A DNA stretch of 64,000 bases from positions 25,730,001 to 25,794,000 of the forward strand of contig NC_043006.1 of NCBI RefSeq assembly GCF_006345805.1, read 5' to 3'. The notes under the pieces are model-generated. The model was not told the DNA's origin. It searched no databases and saw only the letters and a program-made list of their open reading frames with translations. The translations under genes and the position numbers were made by a program. Source of the DNA: Octopus sinensis (Eukaryota). This document shows positions 1-12,145 of the stretch, piece by piece; the first letter of the stretch is position 1, and each line of letters starts with the position of its first letter.

Positions 1-575
1 ATGTGCGACAAAGTGCTAGTGTTTTGAGTGAAAAGTTGGGCATAAGAGGAATTAAACGCAATGTGCAAGAGAGAAGACTGCGCTGGTTTGGTCATGTGGT
101 GCGGATGGATATCGACAGCTTCATTAAATGAGTGCCGATCACTCAAAGTGGATGAAACTCATGGAAGAGGGAGACCTAGGAAGACATGGGACGAAGTACT
201 GAAGGACGATCTCAAGACACTGAATCTTAAAGAGATGACAAAGGACCAAGATATTTGTCACCTTGTTGTACTCAAGAAGATAAGTTCTCCACAACAGAAG
301 TGTTAACGCAGCTCCCACTGCCGAAGAGGATTGGTTTGCAAGAGCCCTGTGCCGGGACCACGTAAAATAGCACCACGTAAAAGCGCCCGTGCCATGTCAC
401 GTAAAAAGCACCCATCACACCTTGTAAAGTAGTTGGTGTTAGGAAGGGTATCCAATCGTAGAAACCAAACTAAATCAGACTGGAACCTGGTGCAGCTCTC
501 CTGCTAGCCAGCTCTGGTCAAACAATCCAACCCATGCCAGTATGCAAAACGAATGTTGAAGGATGATGATGAATG
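1..575 (+). mobile_element. RTE-type LINE 3' end (ORF 61-306) with CACGTAAAA-repeat 3' UTR and (GAT)n tail
   Basis: ORF carries GRGRPRKTWDEVLKDDL, typical of RTE C-termini. The tail GTTAGGAAGGG...AACCCATGCCAG...GATGATGAT recurs at 42568, 44140 and 60300. Confidence 0.75.
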
Positions 576-2221
576 AATGAATAATTGAATATGTATTTTA
601 ATTTAAGGTTTCATTATAGTATACGCGGCAGGTCCGGCATTGCCTTAACTCGGCTCTAGGTAATTACCAAATCTACAATGCCTTATACTAGCATTGTGTC
701 CTAGAGCGAAATTCTCTCATATCACAGAAGCTACAGTTAAGCATCGTATTTTTTTAAATCTCAGAGCTTTAGGAAAGATTAACCTAAGGAAGGGACGGTT
801 TTAATTTATTCTGAATCTTAGATATAAAACCCTTATTTTTTAATGCAGCTGTTTTATCAGTAGATAAATATCAAATGTTGAATTCGAAACTGTCATGAAG
901 TTATCGCACTGCATGGGTCTTGAAGCAATTGCAGCACAAGTTTAAACATATGTTTGTTCGTTTTCATATTTGTATACCCAGAAACACATTTTTATTTAGT
1001 ACATTCTGGTTTGGTTCATAGAGAAATAGAATTGTTTATTTAAAAGCAACTTCTGACTCCTCAACCCAGTAAATACACACAAGTTAATTTCTCTCCCAGA
1101 CAAACGCTGAGAAGTTGCTAAGTAGGATTTATGTAATTTTCACTTAGTTCTAAATCACATGCTAACCATATGTAATTGAAACCATAATAAATAGAGTCAT
1201 GAAATGGAACATACTTCGAAATGAATGACTGAAAATAAAGTGATATGAATTAGAAAAAAAAAATATTTCCATTTTAAAAGTTAAAAAAAAACCATTTTTT
1301 AAAAAGAAATTCTTTTTGAAAAAAAAATGACTTTTCTTATTTGAAATATTTTATTGCATGCAAAGGAATTTGTGACTGGGTCTAACTGTATTGAACCAAC
1401 TGTGATGAAAGGCATTCTAGTCATGACGATTCTGTTTCTTTAGAAATGCTTAGAACTATATTATTGCATGTGCAGCTAGAGCTCTTTACCTACTAAACAC
1501 TGAATGGTATCAAAATATGGTGATATTTGGATATCTTTTAAAAATAAATGTTCATTATTTCACTTACCTCAAACTAAAGGATTTCATTTCGAAAGTTTCC
1601 TTTTCTCACACTCGGCAAGAGAATGGCTAATTTGGTAAACTTTTTCTTAGCCACGAAAAGTGTTGATGCCCTGTTAACTTCGTTGGAGGTTCTGTTAAAA
1701 TCACATGTGCAGCTATTCTTATTCTCTCATTTATTAAACTTTCCTCCTTGAGCGTTTCCTCCTTGAGCGGAAATAATCACTAAAATGAGTGGAAATGAAG
1801 TGAAACATTAACTTTATATATAGATACATGATAGTCTCACCGAAACTATCATTACTGGCACCAGAAATCACTCACAGCAAACTACTGTCCTTATTCTCTT
1901 CCTGGTTTAAATGTCATTCAATATTGTTGCAGTTGAATCGAACCATCCCTCACCCCCAAAACAACATTTAAAATATTAAAAATTGTCACACATTCTTTAC
2001 TAGGTCACACTCAAAGGTATCCTGTTTGCTTTCATTATTTATGTGACAACTTATTTCTCGAAACAGGACGGCAGAGGTTGAGAGAAATAAGATTACTTTC
2101 TTTTTTTTTGTAGGCAGAAGATTGTTTAAATTCGATCCGCACAATTTCAATTTATAACTGGTTTTAGTTTCACAAATTTTTGAATGGCCAGCGGTTTGAT
2201 CAATTATGATTATATTTGAAA

Positions 2222-2401
2222 AGAAGCTTTCAAATGGAAATCTGCTTCCCAACCCCATGATTTCGGGTTCAATCCCACCGCGTGGCACCTATGACAATTG
2301 TCATGTACTATAGTCTCGGGCCGATTAAAGCCTTGTGAGTGAATTTGGTAGACAGAAACTGGAAGAAGCCTGTCGTGTGTGTGTGTGTGTGTGTGTGTGT
2401 G

Positions 2402-2440
<39 letters not shown>

Positions 2441-2688
2441 CGTGCGTGCGTGTGTGTGTGTGTGCGTGTCTGTGTTTGTCCCCCCACCACCGCTTAACAA
2501 CCAGTGTCAGTGTGTTTAAGTCCCTGTAACTTAGCAACGCGGAAAAAGAGACGGATAGAATAAGTACCAAGCTTATAAAAAAAAAAAAAATAAGTACTGG
2601 GATCGGTTCATTCGATTAAAAAAATGTTGAAGGCGGTGTCCCAGCGTGGCCACAGTCTAATGAGTGAAGCAAGTAAAAGATAAAAGAT
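2222..2688 (+). mobile_element. Abundant tRNA-derived SINE (cephalopod type) with internal (TG)n
   Basis: B-box-like GGTTCAATCCC, internal microsatellite and tail GCAAGTAAAAGATAAAAG; colinear with the copies at 7092 and 59085. Confidence 0.8.
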
Positions 2689-3418
2689 ATATATATATAT
2701 ATATATATAAAATAAATCTCTGAACGAGGTATAAACAGTAGCTGCACCACAATGCATATTGTATATTTGCAACTTAAGTGTGTAGCCACATTTAAGTGGT
2801 AAATATACTTCATATATATATATATCTTCTTCTTCTTCTTCTTCTTCTTCTTCTTCTTTCTTCTTCTTCTTCTTCTTCTTCTTCTCCCCTTCTTCTTCTT
2901 CTTCTTCTTCTTCTTCTTCTTCTTCTTCTTCTTCTTCTTCTTCTTCTTCTTCTTCTTCTTCTCCCCCTTCTACTTCCTATCGTTATCACTAAAGCTTTTT
3001 AGTATAACACATACGCAAATTCTATAAACAAACCTTTCAAAAGAAATATTCTCATGAATTGAACAGCAACTGCTAGCCGCCACTGACCACTCAAAATACG
3101 ACAATCAAGGCACTCCCAAATTCTTCCTCCCCTCCTCTTGATCCGGGCCTTGGGTCATTTGCGAATTTCTTGGTTGATCTCTTCATCGGTGGATTTTACT
3201 TTGTCCTCATTCGTTTGGGCCCTCAATTTTAGAAGTTCTATTTCCATTTTCATTTTTTTCCAGTGCCATTCTCTCCCCGAGGCGTCTTTGTGTTTCTGGT
3301 TCCTCTGTAATAGTTTTGATCTGGAATTTACGTGGGAGGATTAACGGTGTCCGGTTGAGCCATTTTTCGTATATATCCGCTCTGTTGTTGTTTTGGATAA
3401 TCTTCCAAAAGTCGAACT

Positions 3419-4072
3419 TTGCAACCAAAAGCCTTACCATACATCTCCACACACAACCCTCTCAACAACGAAGCCTTCGACACCATCCTCCAAAACATAC
3501 CCCTGCTACAAAAAGACCACAGAATGAACTTAATCCTCCAAACACACACGATCATAAAAAGCAAGAGACAGCCCAAATCTATGAAAAGTCTCCTAACACA
3601 AGCCCGAATACGCTCATCAACACAGAAGCCGACAGTAAAAAAATGTGGAAGACCCAATTGCGGGATATGCGATTATCTAATTGAGGGATCAGAGTTCTCC
3701 TTCAAACAGGGACAACGGTTCACAGTGAAAAGCAACCTCACATGTGCTTCGGAGAACCTGATATACACACTAACCTGCTCTGGGTGTCAAGAGCAATACA
3801 TAGGCCAAACAAAATATAGTTTACGTAAAAGAATGGCCCTGCACAGATCCCAGATAAAAATCCCCCAAAACAGAAAAATAGCATTCAGCCAACACATAGA
3901 TATTTGCGCCAACAACAAAACTCCAAGCTTCAGGATTTTCCCCCTCTACCAGTTCAGGGACGATACAACCTCGAGTCAACGAATAAGTAAAGAAACTCTC
4001 TTTATTACAAAATACAGGCCCCTTCTGAACGCATCTACGACAAACGATATATTCACCTCAGCTTTAGAATAA
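3419..4072 (+). CDS. PLE linker + GIY-YIG endonuclease domain (open, 217 aa)
   Basis: LPYISTHNP linker, CGRPNCGIC motif, TCASENLIYTLTCSGCQEQYIGQT...LRKRMALH; about 85% similar by eye to 33440-34040. Confidence 0.9.
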   Translation: MQPKALPYISTHNPLNNEAFDTILQNIPLLQKDHRMNLILQTHTIIKSKRQPKSMKSLLTQARIRSSTQKPTVKKCGRPNCGICDYLIEGSEFSFKQGQRFTVKSNLTCASENLIYTLTCSGCQEQYIGQTKYSLRKRMALHRSQIKIPQNRKIAFSQHIDICANNKTPSFRIFPLYQFRDDTTSSQRISKETLFITKYRPLLNASTTNDIFTSALE

Positions 4073-4529
4073 CACAGATACACATGCAAATATTACATTC
4101 CTAAGATCCATTAAAAATCAACCCCAATCACAGCTATAACCCACAACGTGCCAACTTTAAGTCATCCAACATTCCACTACTTCCACGCATTCATATTCTC
4201 CCTTTTTCTTCTTCTTCTTCTTCTTCTTCTTCTTCTTCTCCCCCCCCCCCGTCTTCCTAAATTTATCGCTAATGCTTTTTAGTATAACACCTACGCAAAT
4301 TCTATAAACAAACCTTTCAATAGAAATATTCTCATGAATTGAACAGCAGAAACTGCTAGCAACCACTGACCAACCACAATCAAGGCAATCCCAAATTCTT
4401 CATCCCCCCCTTCTTCTTCCCTACCAGAAAGGCAGAAACAAGGAAACTGACACTTATATTTGAACACTATACAAATATTCTTTAAAAAAAACTTTTCTTT
4501 TAATTTTTCTAAATTTAATTTTTTAATTG

Positions 4530-4572
4530 TTACAGTTGAAAAGGTCTCAAATAACCGAAACCGGTACTGAAA
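4530..4572 (+). ncRNA. Minimal type-I hammerhead ribozyme, U3-A8 variant
   Basis: TTACAG|TTGAAAA|GGT-ctcaaata-ACC|GAAAC-CG-GTA|CTGAAA: stems I and II pair, palindromic ACCGGT stem III, GUA triplet. Confidence 0.7.
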
Positions 4573-4628
4573 TGTTCTTTATAAAATTATTTTAGCATTT
4601 TCTATCTTGACTTGTTTTTTCATATATA

Positions 4629-5362
4629 TGTAACGGCAGAGATTGATTTGGTAAATAAAATTATATGTCCGGAGTTAGCTGGTGTGACGATAAAAATTTG
4701 TAAACAATATGGTATTTGTTGTTATTGCATACTGTAAGATGTGAAAAGATGAACAATGGATGAAGTTTTAGGAAAGTACTTATTTACCGTTACGTTACAA
4801 TACCTTGCCTCGACGGGCAGGTTGATAAATCCCAAAGCATGCGAAAGTTAGATGCGGTAGAATGTTTGAGTTTGGGTTCTCTTCATTGTTTAGTAGTAAT
4901 GTTGAGAGAGATAGAATGATGTTGTAATAGAACAGAATTGGAGCTAGTGAGAGTGAGAGAGTGTGGGACGTTGCTGACAGTAAACTTCATTTCTCCCTCT
5001 GACCAAAGTTCTAGCTGGTCAGCCAGACTTCGTTCTCACTGAGTTGTCACCGCAGTGACTAAGTGATTTTTGCTTGGGGTGTGATTGCTTATATAACTAT
5101 CCAGAAGGATAGATATATCATTGAGAACAATAGATTTAGTTGGTGGTCTTGTTATCTATTCTAGCTTTTGATGAAGTAGAAGAGCTTAGAAAGAGTCAAG
5201 TGGTGAAGACATTATTTCGGCCTAGCTAAAGGCATCTGGAAAATGTAAAACTGATGTCAGAGAAAAATCATTGTTCCATCGTAGGAAAAGTTGTGTAGCA
5301 GTGTTAATTTAAATTTGGCTATGGTGGATCGAATCCACTTCATGCATGCAAGTTCCACTACA
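4629..5362 (-). mobile_element. Candidate solo LTR (734 bp) inserted in a TA tract
   Basis: TGTA...TACA termini, TATA on both flanks, TATATAA on the minus strand near 5090. No second copy in the window. Confidence 0.45.
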
Positions 5363-6452
5363 TATATATATACATATATATATATATCCCACATACAACC
5401 CTCGCACACACGCATACACAAACTCACATACACACACACAATATATACATACACGCACACACACATACACATATAGACGCATACACACACATGCGCACAC
5501 ATACGCACGGACACACACGAATGCACACATACTTAACACTCACAACCCCACGCATTCACGTATGCACACCTACATACGCACACACAACTACATGCACATA
5601 CACACGCAAACACACAAGCATACACGCGCAAAAAACGCACCTATACCCCTACATAACCCCTCGTTCACACACACACACATGCACAAACATACATACACAC
5701 ATGCACACACACCCATGTATACACGCACATACACTCCAACGCACACACAGGCAAATGAACCCACACATACCTCTCATACACACACAACACACACTCATAC
5801 ATACACGTACACGCACACACGCACAGAGTAACGTACAATTACTCCACAGACACAACCTCACGCGTACACACATGCTCACACGTACACACACATACATACA
5901 CGCACACACACACTGCAAACAAAACACATACACACTGCATATACATACACGCACACACACATACTTCAGACTACCAGTACCTTTCTCCTGACCATTCTCC
6001 TACGTACATGTGTAGGTAGACACACAAGAGACAGCCACTCCTACCAAAATTCTTACTATAACTTCTTCCTGTGACCTTAAACGATACTAAGTCCAACCAC
6101 ACACATACATAATCAGCCACAACCACACACACACACACACACGCACATACATGTGCTATCATTACACACATACAGAGAGACCTGCGCGTACGCACATACC
6201 CACACATATATCTTTGAAAGAACTTTTTCTTGACCCATTCCCTTCCGCTCTTTTCAATATGTGACCGCGTGTGTATCGTTGGCGATTTTCGTTCTCCGTC
6301 TTCCCTTCTTTGGACCTTTTCTATATTTCTGATGACGAGCTCCGCTCGAAACGTGAAACCCTCTTTCCTTTCTTGAGCGTCCAATAACACTGTACTTATT
6401 CTACGTCCTCGCGTTGTTGTTTTTTCTTGCTTGTTCATGTTTGGATTGACTA
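5363..6452 (+). mobile_element. CA-rich PLE-derived segment ending in a hammerhead-bearing pseudo-LTR
   Basis: The 3' 200 bp align with 14460-14652; ends at a CA/TA tract. Confidence 0.55.
6326..6359 (+). ncRNA. Minimal hammerhead, canonical C3-G8 core, degenerate triplet (GUG)
   Basis: TTT|CTGATGA-C|GAGC-tcc-GCTC|GAAACGT-G|AAAC. Confidence 0.65.
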
Positions 6453-6453
6453 T

Positions 6454-6484
<31 letters not shown>

Positions 6485-6576
6485 AGAGGAAAACCACAGA
6501 AGTAAATCTAAGACATTTCAATTTAGAAAGAATTTAATAAAATGATTTTAAAATTATATAAAGAAAGAATAAAATA

Positions 6577-6615
6577 TTACCGGTTTCGTTGATGAATTTC
6601 ATCTTATCAAAAGTT
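6577..6615 (-). ncRNA. Degenerate hammerhead-like motif, U3-A8 type
   Basis: Minus strand TTGATAA-GATGA-aat-TCATC-aac-GAAACCGGTA; stem I poor and stem II register imperfect. Confidence 0.35.
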
Positions 6616-7091
6616 AATAGAAATTTATACAAATTTTAAGTAAAAACAGTTTGTCTTCTGTTTGGTGGTCAAAACATGTCTGAAGTTTTTTCATTGAAGT
6701 CTTCTTTAAATATAGTTTGGTATAGAGTTCAAGGCGTAGTTGTTAATTTCTAAAAAAAATCTCTGTGGATTCCTGCCACGAGTGTGGCTTGAAAACATTT
6801 ATTGAATGGGCTTTATGTCCAGGTGTGTGTGTGTGTGTATTGTGGTGCACGTCCTTTCAACATGTGACCAACTGTTTGTTAATGAGTGTGTATGTTGTGA
6901 TGAATGTCTTGTTAAGAAAGGAATTAAGATTTTCGTTCTTTTTCGTGTGTGTGGGTTTGAACTGAAATGTTTTATTTTGAGTGTCTCCAGCTGTATGTGT
7001 GATTATATGTGTGTGTGTGTTTCTTGCGATGTCTTGTTTGTGTGTGTGTGTGTGTGTGTGTGTGCAGGCATATATATGTATTGGAAAAAGA

Positions 7092-7300
7092 TTTAAGAAT
7101 AGACGCTGTGTGGTAAGTAGCTTGTTTACCAACCACATGGTTCCGGATTCAGTCCCACTGCGTGGCACCTTGGGCAAGTATCTTCTACTATAGCCTCGGG
7201 CCAACCAAATCCTTGTGAGTGGATTTGGTAGACGGAAACTGAAAGAAGCCCGTCGTATATATGTATATATATTATATATATATATATATATAATATATAT

Positions 7301-7332
<32 letters not shown>

Positions 7333-7561
7333 CATATATGCGTGTGTGTGTTTGTATGTCTGTGTTTGTCCCCCTAGCATTGCTTGACAACCGATGCTGG
7401 TGTGTTTATGTCCCCGTTACTTAGCGGTTCGGCAAAAGAGACCGATAGAATAAGTACTGGGCTTACAAAAGAATAAGTCCCGGGGTCGAGTTGCTTGATT
7501 AAAGGCGGTGCTCCAGCATGGCCGCAGTCAAAAGACTGAAGCAAGTAAAAGAGTAAAAGAG
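7092..7561 (+). mobile_element. Full-length tRNA-derived SINE (same family as 2222)
   Basis: GCTGTGTGGTAAG head, GGTTCCGGATTCAGTCCC B-box region, internal (TA)n, tail GGCCGCAGTC...AAGTAAAAGAGTAAAAGAG. Confidence 0.85.
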
Positions 7562-7647
7562 AAATGGATTGGAAGTATTTCCCAAATCAATAGTATGTAT
7601 ACATTTTTTTAAGTGTCCGTTCTTATTTATTGCTTGGTAGTGGTCGA

Positions 7648-7885
7648 TGTTATATAATCATCACAACAAACATGAACAATCAACGTCGCCCATTGTCTCC
7701 CTTGATAAAAGGACTTTCACTTTGTTTCCCGCCAAAACAATTAACTTGTACGACAACGGCAGTCGAATAAAGTATCTTGTATCGTTAACACGTTGTTTCA
7801 GTCTCTCTCATTTTCTTAATCTTTCATACTAAGTACTCACTACTTCCTTTAATACTCAATACATTATATATATATAACAACAACA
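7648..7885 (+). repeat. 5' LTR (238 bp)
   Basis: Matches the 3' LTR except one substitution (tacGac/tacAac) and one TA unit. Confidence 0.97.
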
Positions 7886-7896
7886 TGGTGTCAGAA
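7886..7896 (+). promoter_or_regulatory. Primer-binding site TGGTGTCAGAA (tRNA-Leu type)
   Basis: Immediately follows the 5' LTR; complementary to a tRNA 3' end ...UUCUGACACCA. Confidence 0.85.
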
Positions 7897-7939
7897 TACT
7901 AAAAGAACCCAAAATACAGAAACCAAAGGAAAAAAGAAG

Positions 7940-8940
7940 TTGAAATCATACTTCAAAGACGAAATGGAAAATTTACCGCATCCAAAAGACCTAGAAAATC
8001 TAGCCGCAGCATGGAAAAAGTGGAAAAAAGAATTCAATCTCTTTTTGATAGCAACAGAAAGTGACATGAAGCCAGACAAAGTAAAAACTTCAATGTTTTT
8101 AACTTGCATCGGTTCTAAAGGCCGAGATATCCATTCCACTCTGGATTTCGATTCACCCGACGAAGAAATGAACCTTCAGACAGTAATCGAAAAATTCGAT
8201 GCATATTGTGAACCAGGAAAAACATAACTTTCCTAAGACACAAATTCTTCACATGTGGACAAGCGGAACATCAAAAATTCGATGAGTACGTAGTAGAGTT
8301 GCGCCAAAAGGCACAACAGTGCGAATTCGGCAACTCACAGACAGTCTCACCAAAGATATTCTGATATGTGGAATCAGAGACATGAGATTAAGAGAAAGAT
8401 TATTGAGAGAACCAAATTTAGACCTACAAAAAACAATTCAAGCAGGTCAGAGTGCAGAGCAAACACGACTCCAATCAAGGATGCTAAAGGCCACATCCGA
8501 AACAAGAGATAACGAAATCTCGAGGGTATATAGTCAACACACGACAGAAAAGGCGCCAAAACTCAAATAACCCGCCATATGCAATACAGACATCAAAACG
8601 AACAAGGCGGAAGTGACAGAAAGCCCGCGAAGTTTCAAGCGCCAAGTCAACACTACGTCACTAACTGTCACTATTGTGGTTATAATCACAAAAGAAATAA
8701 ATGCCCAGCATTTCACAAGACATGTGAAAAATGCAAGAAACAAGGACACTATGCAAAAATGTGCAAATCAAAAAAATTTGTACATAAAGTAGAGATACAT
8801 ACCGACGATGAATCAGATGACGATACACATGCACTCGAAATGATCACTGCAAATAATTCCCGCGTGCACAAAATCGAAAAGTTCAAGACTCCAAAAGACA
8901 TTTGGACGGTCGAACTAAAAGTGAACAACTCGAATGTAAC
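7940..8940 (+). CDS. gag: Gypsy Gag with zinc knuckles (frameshifted as assembled)
   Basis: WKKWKKEFNLFL, LRERLLREPNLDL, CHYCGYNH...CPAFHKTCEKCKKQGHYAKMC across ORFs 7940, 8319 and 8579. Confidence 0.9.
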
Positions 8941-11700
8941 ATTCAAAATAGATACAGGAGCAGACGTAACCGTACTGCCATTCAGAGAATATAGAAATAT
9001 AATTCCAAAACCACAACTGCAAAAAACCTCAACTCGATTATCAGCTTATAATAACACAGCTATAAAAGTGCTAGGAAAATGCACAGCAGTCATTAAATAC
9101 AAAGAATATCAAAGCAAATAAAATTCATTGTTGCAAAAACAAACTCGCACGCAGTTATAGATGCAAAGACAGCTAAAGATCTGAACCTGATTCAGAGAAT
9201 TTCAAAAATAAATTCGTCGAACACAAACGACATATTAGAAAAATATGAAGACTGTTTCGGAGAAATCGGCACTTTGTCAATAACACATCATATCACAGTG
9301 GATCCACAAATAACTCCTGTAATTCATCCACCAAGATCGGTTCCTTTTTCTATAAAAGAAAAACTCAACAAAGAATTAAAAAGAATGACAGAATTAGATA
9401 TCATAAAACTGTTAGTGAACCTACAGACTGGGTAAATTCCCTAGTCATCGTTGAAAAAGCCAACGGAAAACTCCGACTCTGTTTAGACCCCAAGAATCTA
9501 AACAAAGCCATAAAAAGGCAACATTTCAAACTCCCTACAGCGGAGGACATTTTTGCACAAATGCATAACCCTAAATATTTTTCAAAACTCGATGCATCTA
9601 ATGGATACTGGCAAATTCCAGTTGACGAAGAAAGCTCCCATCTTTTAACGTTCAACACACCTTTTGGAAGGTACGCTTCACACGACTACCCTTTGGAATT
9701 CACAGCGCCAGTGAAGTTTTCCAAAAAGAAATTTCAAAAATAATAGAGGGCATAGAAGGAGCAAGAAATTCACAGGATGACATCATAATCTGGTCCAACA
9801 CTTTAGAAGAACACACAAATAGACTACAACAAGTTTTCGATCGAATCCGAAAGCACGGATTAAAGTTAAATAAATCAAAGTGTATCTTCTATGAATCACA
9901 AATCAAGTACTTGGGCATATATTAACCAGCGAAGGATAAAACAAGATCCAACCAAAGTACAAGCAATCATTCACATGCCACTGCCAACAAGTAAAAAAGA
10001 ATTACAAAGATTCCTAGGTATGACAAATTACCTATGTAAATTTTTATCTAATTACTCCGAAGTCACAGCACCGTTGCGCCAGCTTCTACAGAGTGACACG
10101 TTATGGTCATTCGACAAACCACAAATCGAAGCAATAAAAAAGCTAAAAGAAATGATTACCAGAAAACCAGTGCTACAATTTTATGATCCAGATCTACCAA
10201 TAAAAATAACTACAGATGCTAGTAAGCATGGGCTCGGAGCGATACTTGAGCAGAAACACAACGAAAGATGGCTACCTGTTTCGTTTGCATCTCGTGCAAC
10301 AACTCAAGCGGAACAAAACTACTGTCCGATAGAGAGCGAAGCTCTCAGTATAGTTTTCGCATGCAAGAAATTTCATCAGTTTATATACGGAACTCATTTC
10401 AGAATCGAAAATGACCATAAACCGTTGAAGCAAATATTCAAAAATCGATCACTAAATGCCCCCCAGAATCCAAAGATTTCTACTAACATTACAAAGATAT
10501 GATTTTGACCTAAACCACATACCTGGTAAAGAATCAATTGTTGCAGATACCCTATCACGTGCATACCTTGAGCAAAATACTCCAGAAGTACCAGACGAAG
10601 ATATGAAATCGCACATTCATGCAGTAATAAAAAATTACCCCATAACCGACACTAAATTAAAAGAGTATAAAGAAGCCACTGCAGACGACCCGTCTCTACA
10701 GACACTCGTCACATATACAAGAACAGAATGGCCCCCAAAAGACAAAATACCAATAAACATCAAACCATTCGTATCCGTTCGTGATGAAATATCAATCGTC
10801 AATGGTCTCGTTCTAAAAGGTTCAAGAATAATTGTACCTAAGTCATTACGTAGAGAAGCTCTACAGGAAATACATACCGGACACATGGGTATCGAAAAAT
10901 GCATAGAGAGAGCGAAGGAATGTATATACTGGCCCGGCATTAACGCTCAAATCAAAGACATGATTAACACATGCTCATACTGCATTGACTACAAAAATCA
11001 ACAAGCAGCCGAACCACTAATAAATCATGAAATACCTACTACACCATGGACCAAAGTGGGTACAGACGTATTTCACTGTCTGGAAATTCGTATGTCACAA
11101 TTATTGACTATACAACAAGATTTTTTGATCTACACGAAATAAATGATTGCCAGTCAAAAACCGTAATCAAAAAATTAAAAGAAACTTTTGCTAAATTCGG
11201 AATTCCGCAAACAGTTGTAAGTGACAACGGTCCAGAATTCAATTCGGCTGAATTCAAAAAATTTGCAAAAAATTGGCATTTTCATCACACGAAGACAAGC
11301 CCGCATTATCATCAAGCGAATGGCATGGTTGAGAGAAATATACAGACAATAAAAAAGACGCTAAAAAAGGCATTCAAAAGTGGCGAAGAACCTCAGTTAG
11401 CGCTCTTAGCATTACGCACGACTAAATTACAAAATGGTGCACCATCCCTGCAAATCAAATAATGAATAGAACATTGCGAACAAATCTCCCAAACATACTA
11501 CACGACAAAATTGGTATCAGGCCTCACGAAAAGAAGAAATCAAACATTACAACAGAACTCCCAGAGTTAAAACCACACGACACGGTTAGAATTAAGTTTA
11601 ACAACAATTGGTTTAGAGGGGCAAAATAATTAAAAAACTAGAGCAACCTCGTTCATACTTAGTAATAACAGAGGAAGGAAATACAGTCAAACGAAATAGA
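8900..11700 (+). CDS. pol: Gypsy Pol: protease, RT, RNase H, integrase (frameshifted as assembled)
   Basis: FKIDTGAD; FSKLDASNGYWQ; NSQDDIIIW; TDASKHGLGAIL; IHTGHMGIEKC..RAKECIYWPGI; VSDNGPEF..NGMVER. Confidence 0.93.
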
Positions 11701-11887
11701 CAACATATCTTAAAACAAACGAACACGTTCGCATAACAGAAGAATTAGATTATGAAAATTATTTCCAAAGTCAACAAACACGCATGAAAAAACAAAAACA
11801 GCACAACTACAGAATTCAACACTACAAAATAATAAAACCACAAAAAGTGGACGACGAATAATTATTCCCTGTAGATACAGATGATAT

Positions 11888-11905
11888 AAAAAAAAAAAAG
11901 GAAAA
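11888..11905 (+). promoter_or_regulatory. Polypurine tract
   Basis: A-rich AAAAAAAAAAAAGGAAAA directly before the 3' LTR. Confidence 0.85.
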
Positions 11906-12145
11906 TGTTATATAATCATCACAACAAACATGAACAATCAACGTCGCCCATTGTCTCCCTTGATAAAAGGACTTTCACTTTGTTTCCCGCCAAAACAATT
12001 AACTTGTACAACAACGGCAGTCGAATAAAGTATCTTGTATCGTTAACACGTTGTTTCAGTCTCTCTCATTTTCTTAATCTTTCATACTAAGTACTCACTA
12101 CTTCCTTTAATACTCAATACATTATATATATATATAACAACAACA
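11906..12145 (+). repeat. 3' LTR (240 bp)
   Basis: Direct repeat of 7648-7885, followed by TSD GTCGA. Confidence 0.97.

Larger units (their letters stand above)
2826..4625 (+). mobile_element. Penelope-like element, 5'-truncated, with partial pseudo-LTR duplication and an inverted internal ORF segment
   Basis: GIY-YIG ORF 3419-4072. A direct repeat of about 200 bp plus (CTT)n lies at 2826-3137 and 4200-4415. 3138-3420 reads as upstream PLE ORF on the minus strand. Hammerhead at 4530. Confidence 0.85.
7648..12145 (+). mobile_element. Full-length Ty3/Gypsy LTR retrotransposon, Mag-like (4.5 kb)
   Basis: TG..CA LTRs at 7648-7885 and 11906-12145; 5-bp TSD GTCGA at 7643-7647 and 12146-12150; PBS, PPT, and gag-PR-RT-RH-IN order. 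Confidence 0.97.

Noticed and set aside
5257-5991. Long ORFs rich in H/T/Y/I/C/V (also 13017-13883, 20865-21547 and others)
   Set aside because: They are translations of (CA)n/(TA)n microsatellites, not proteins.
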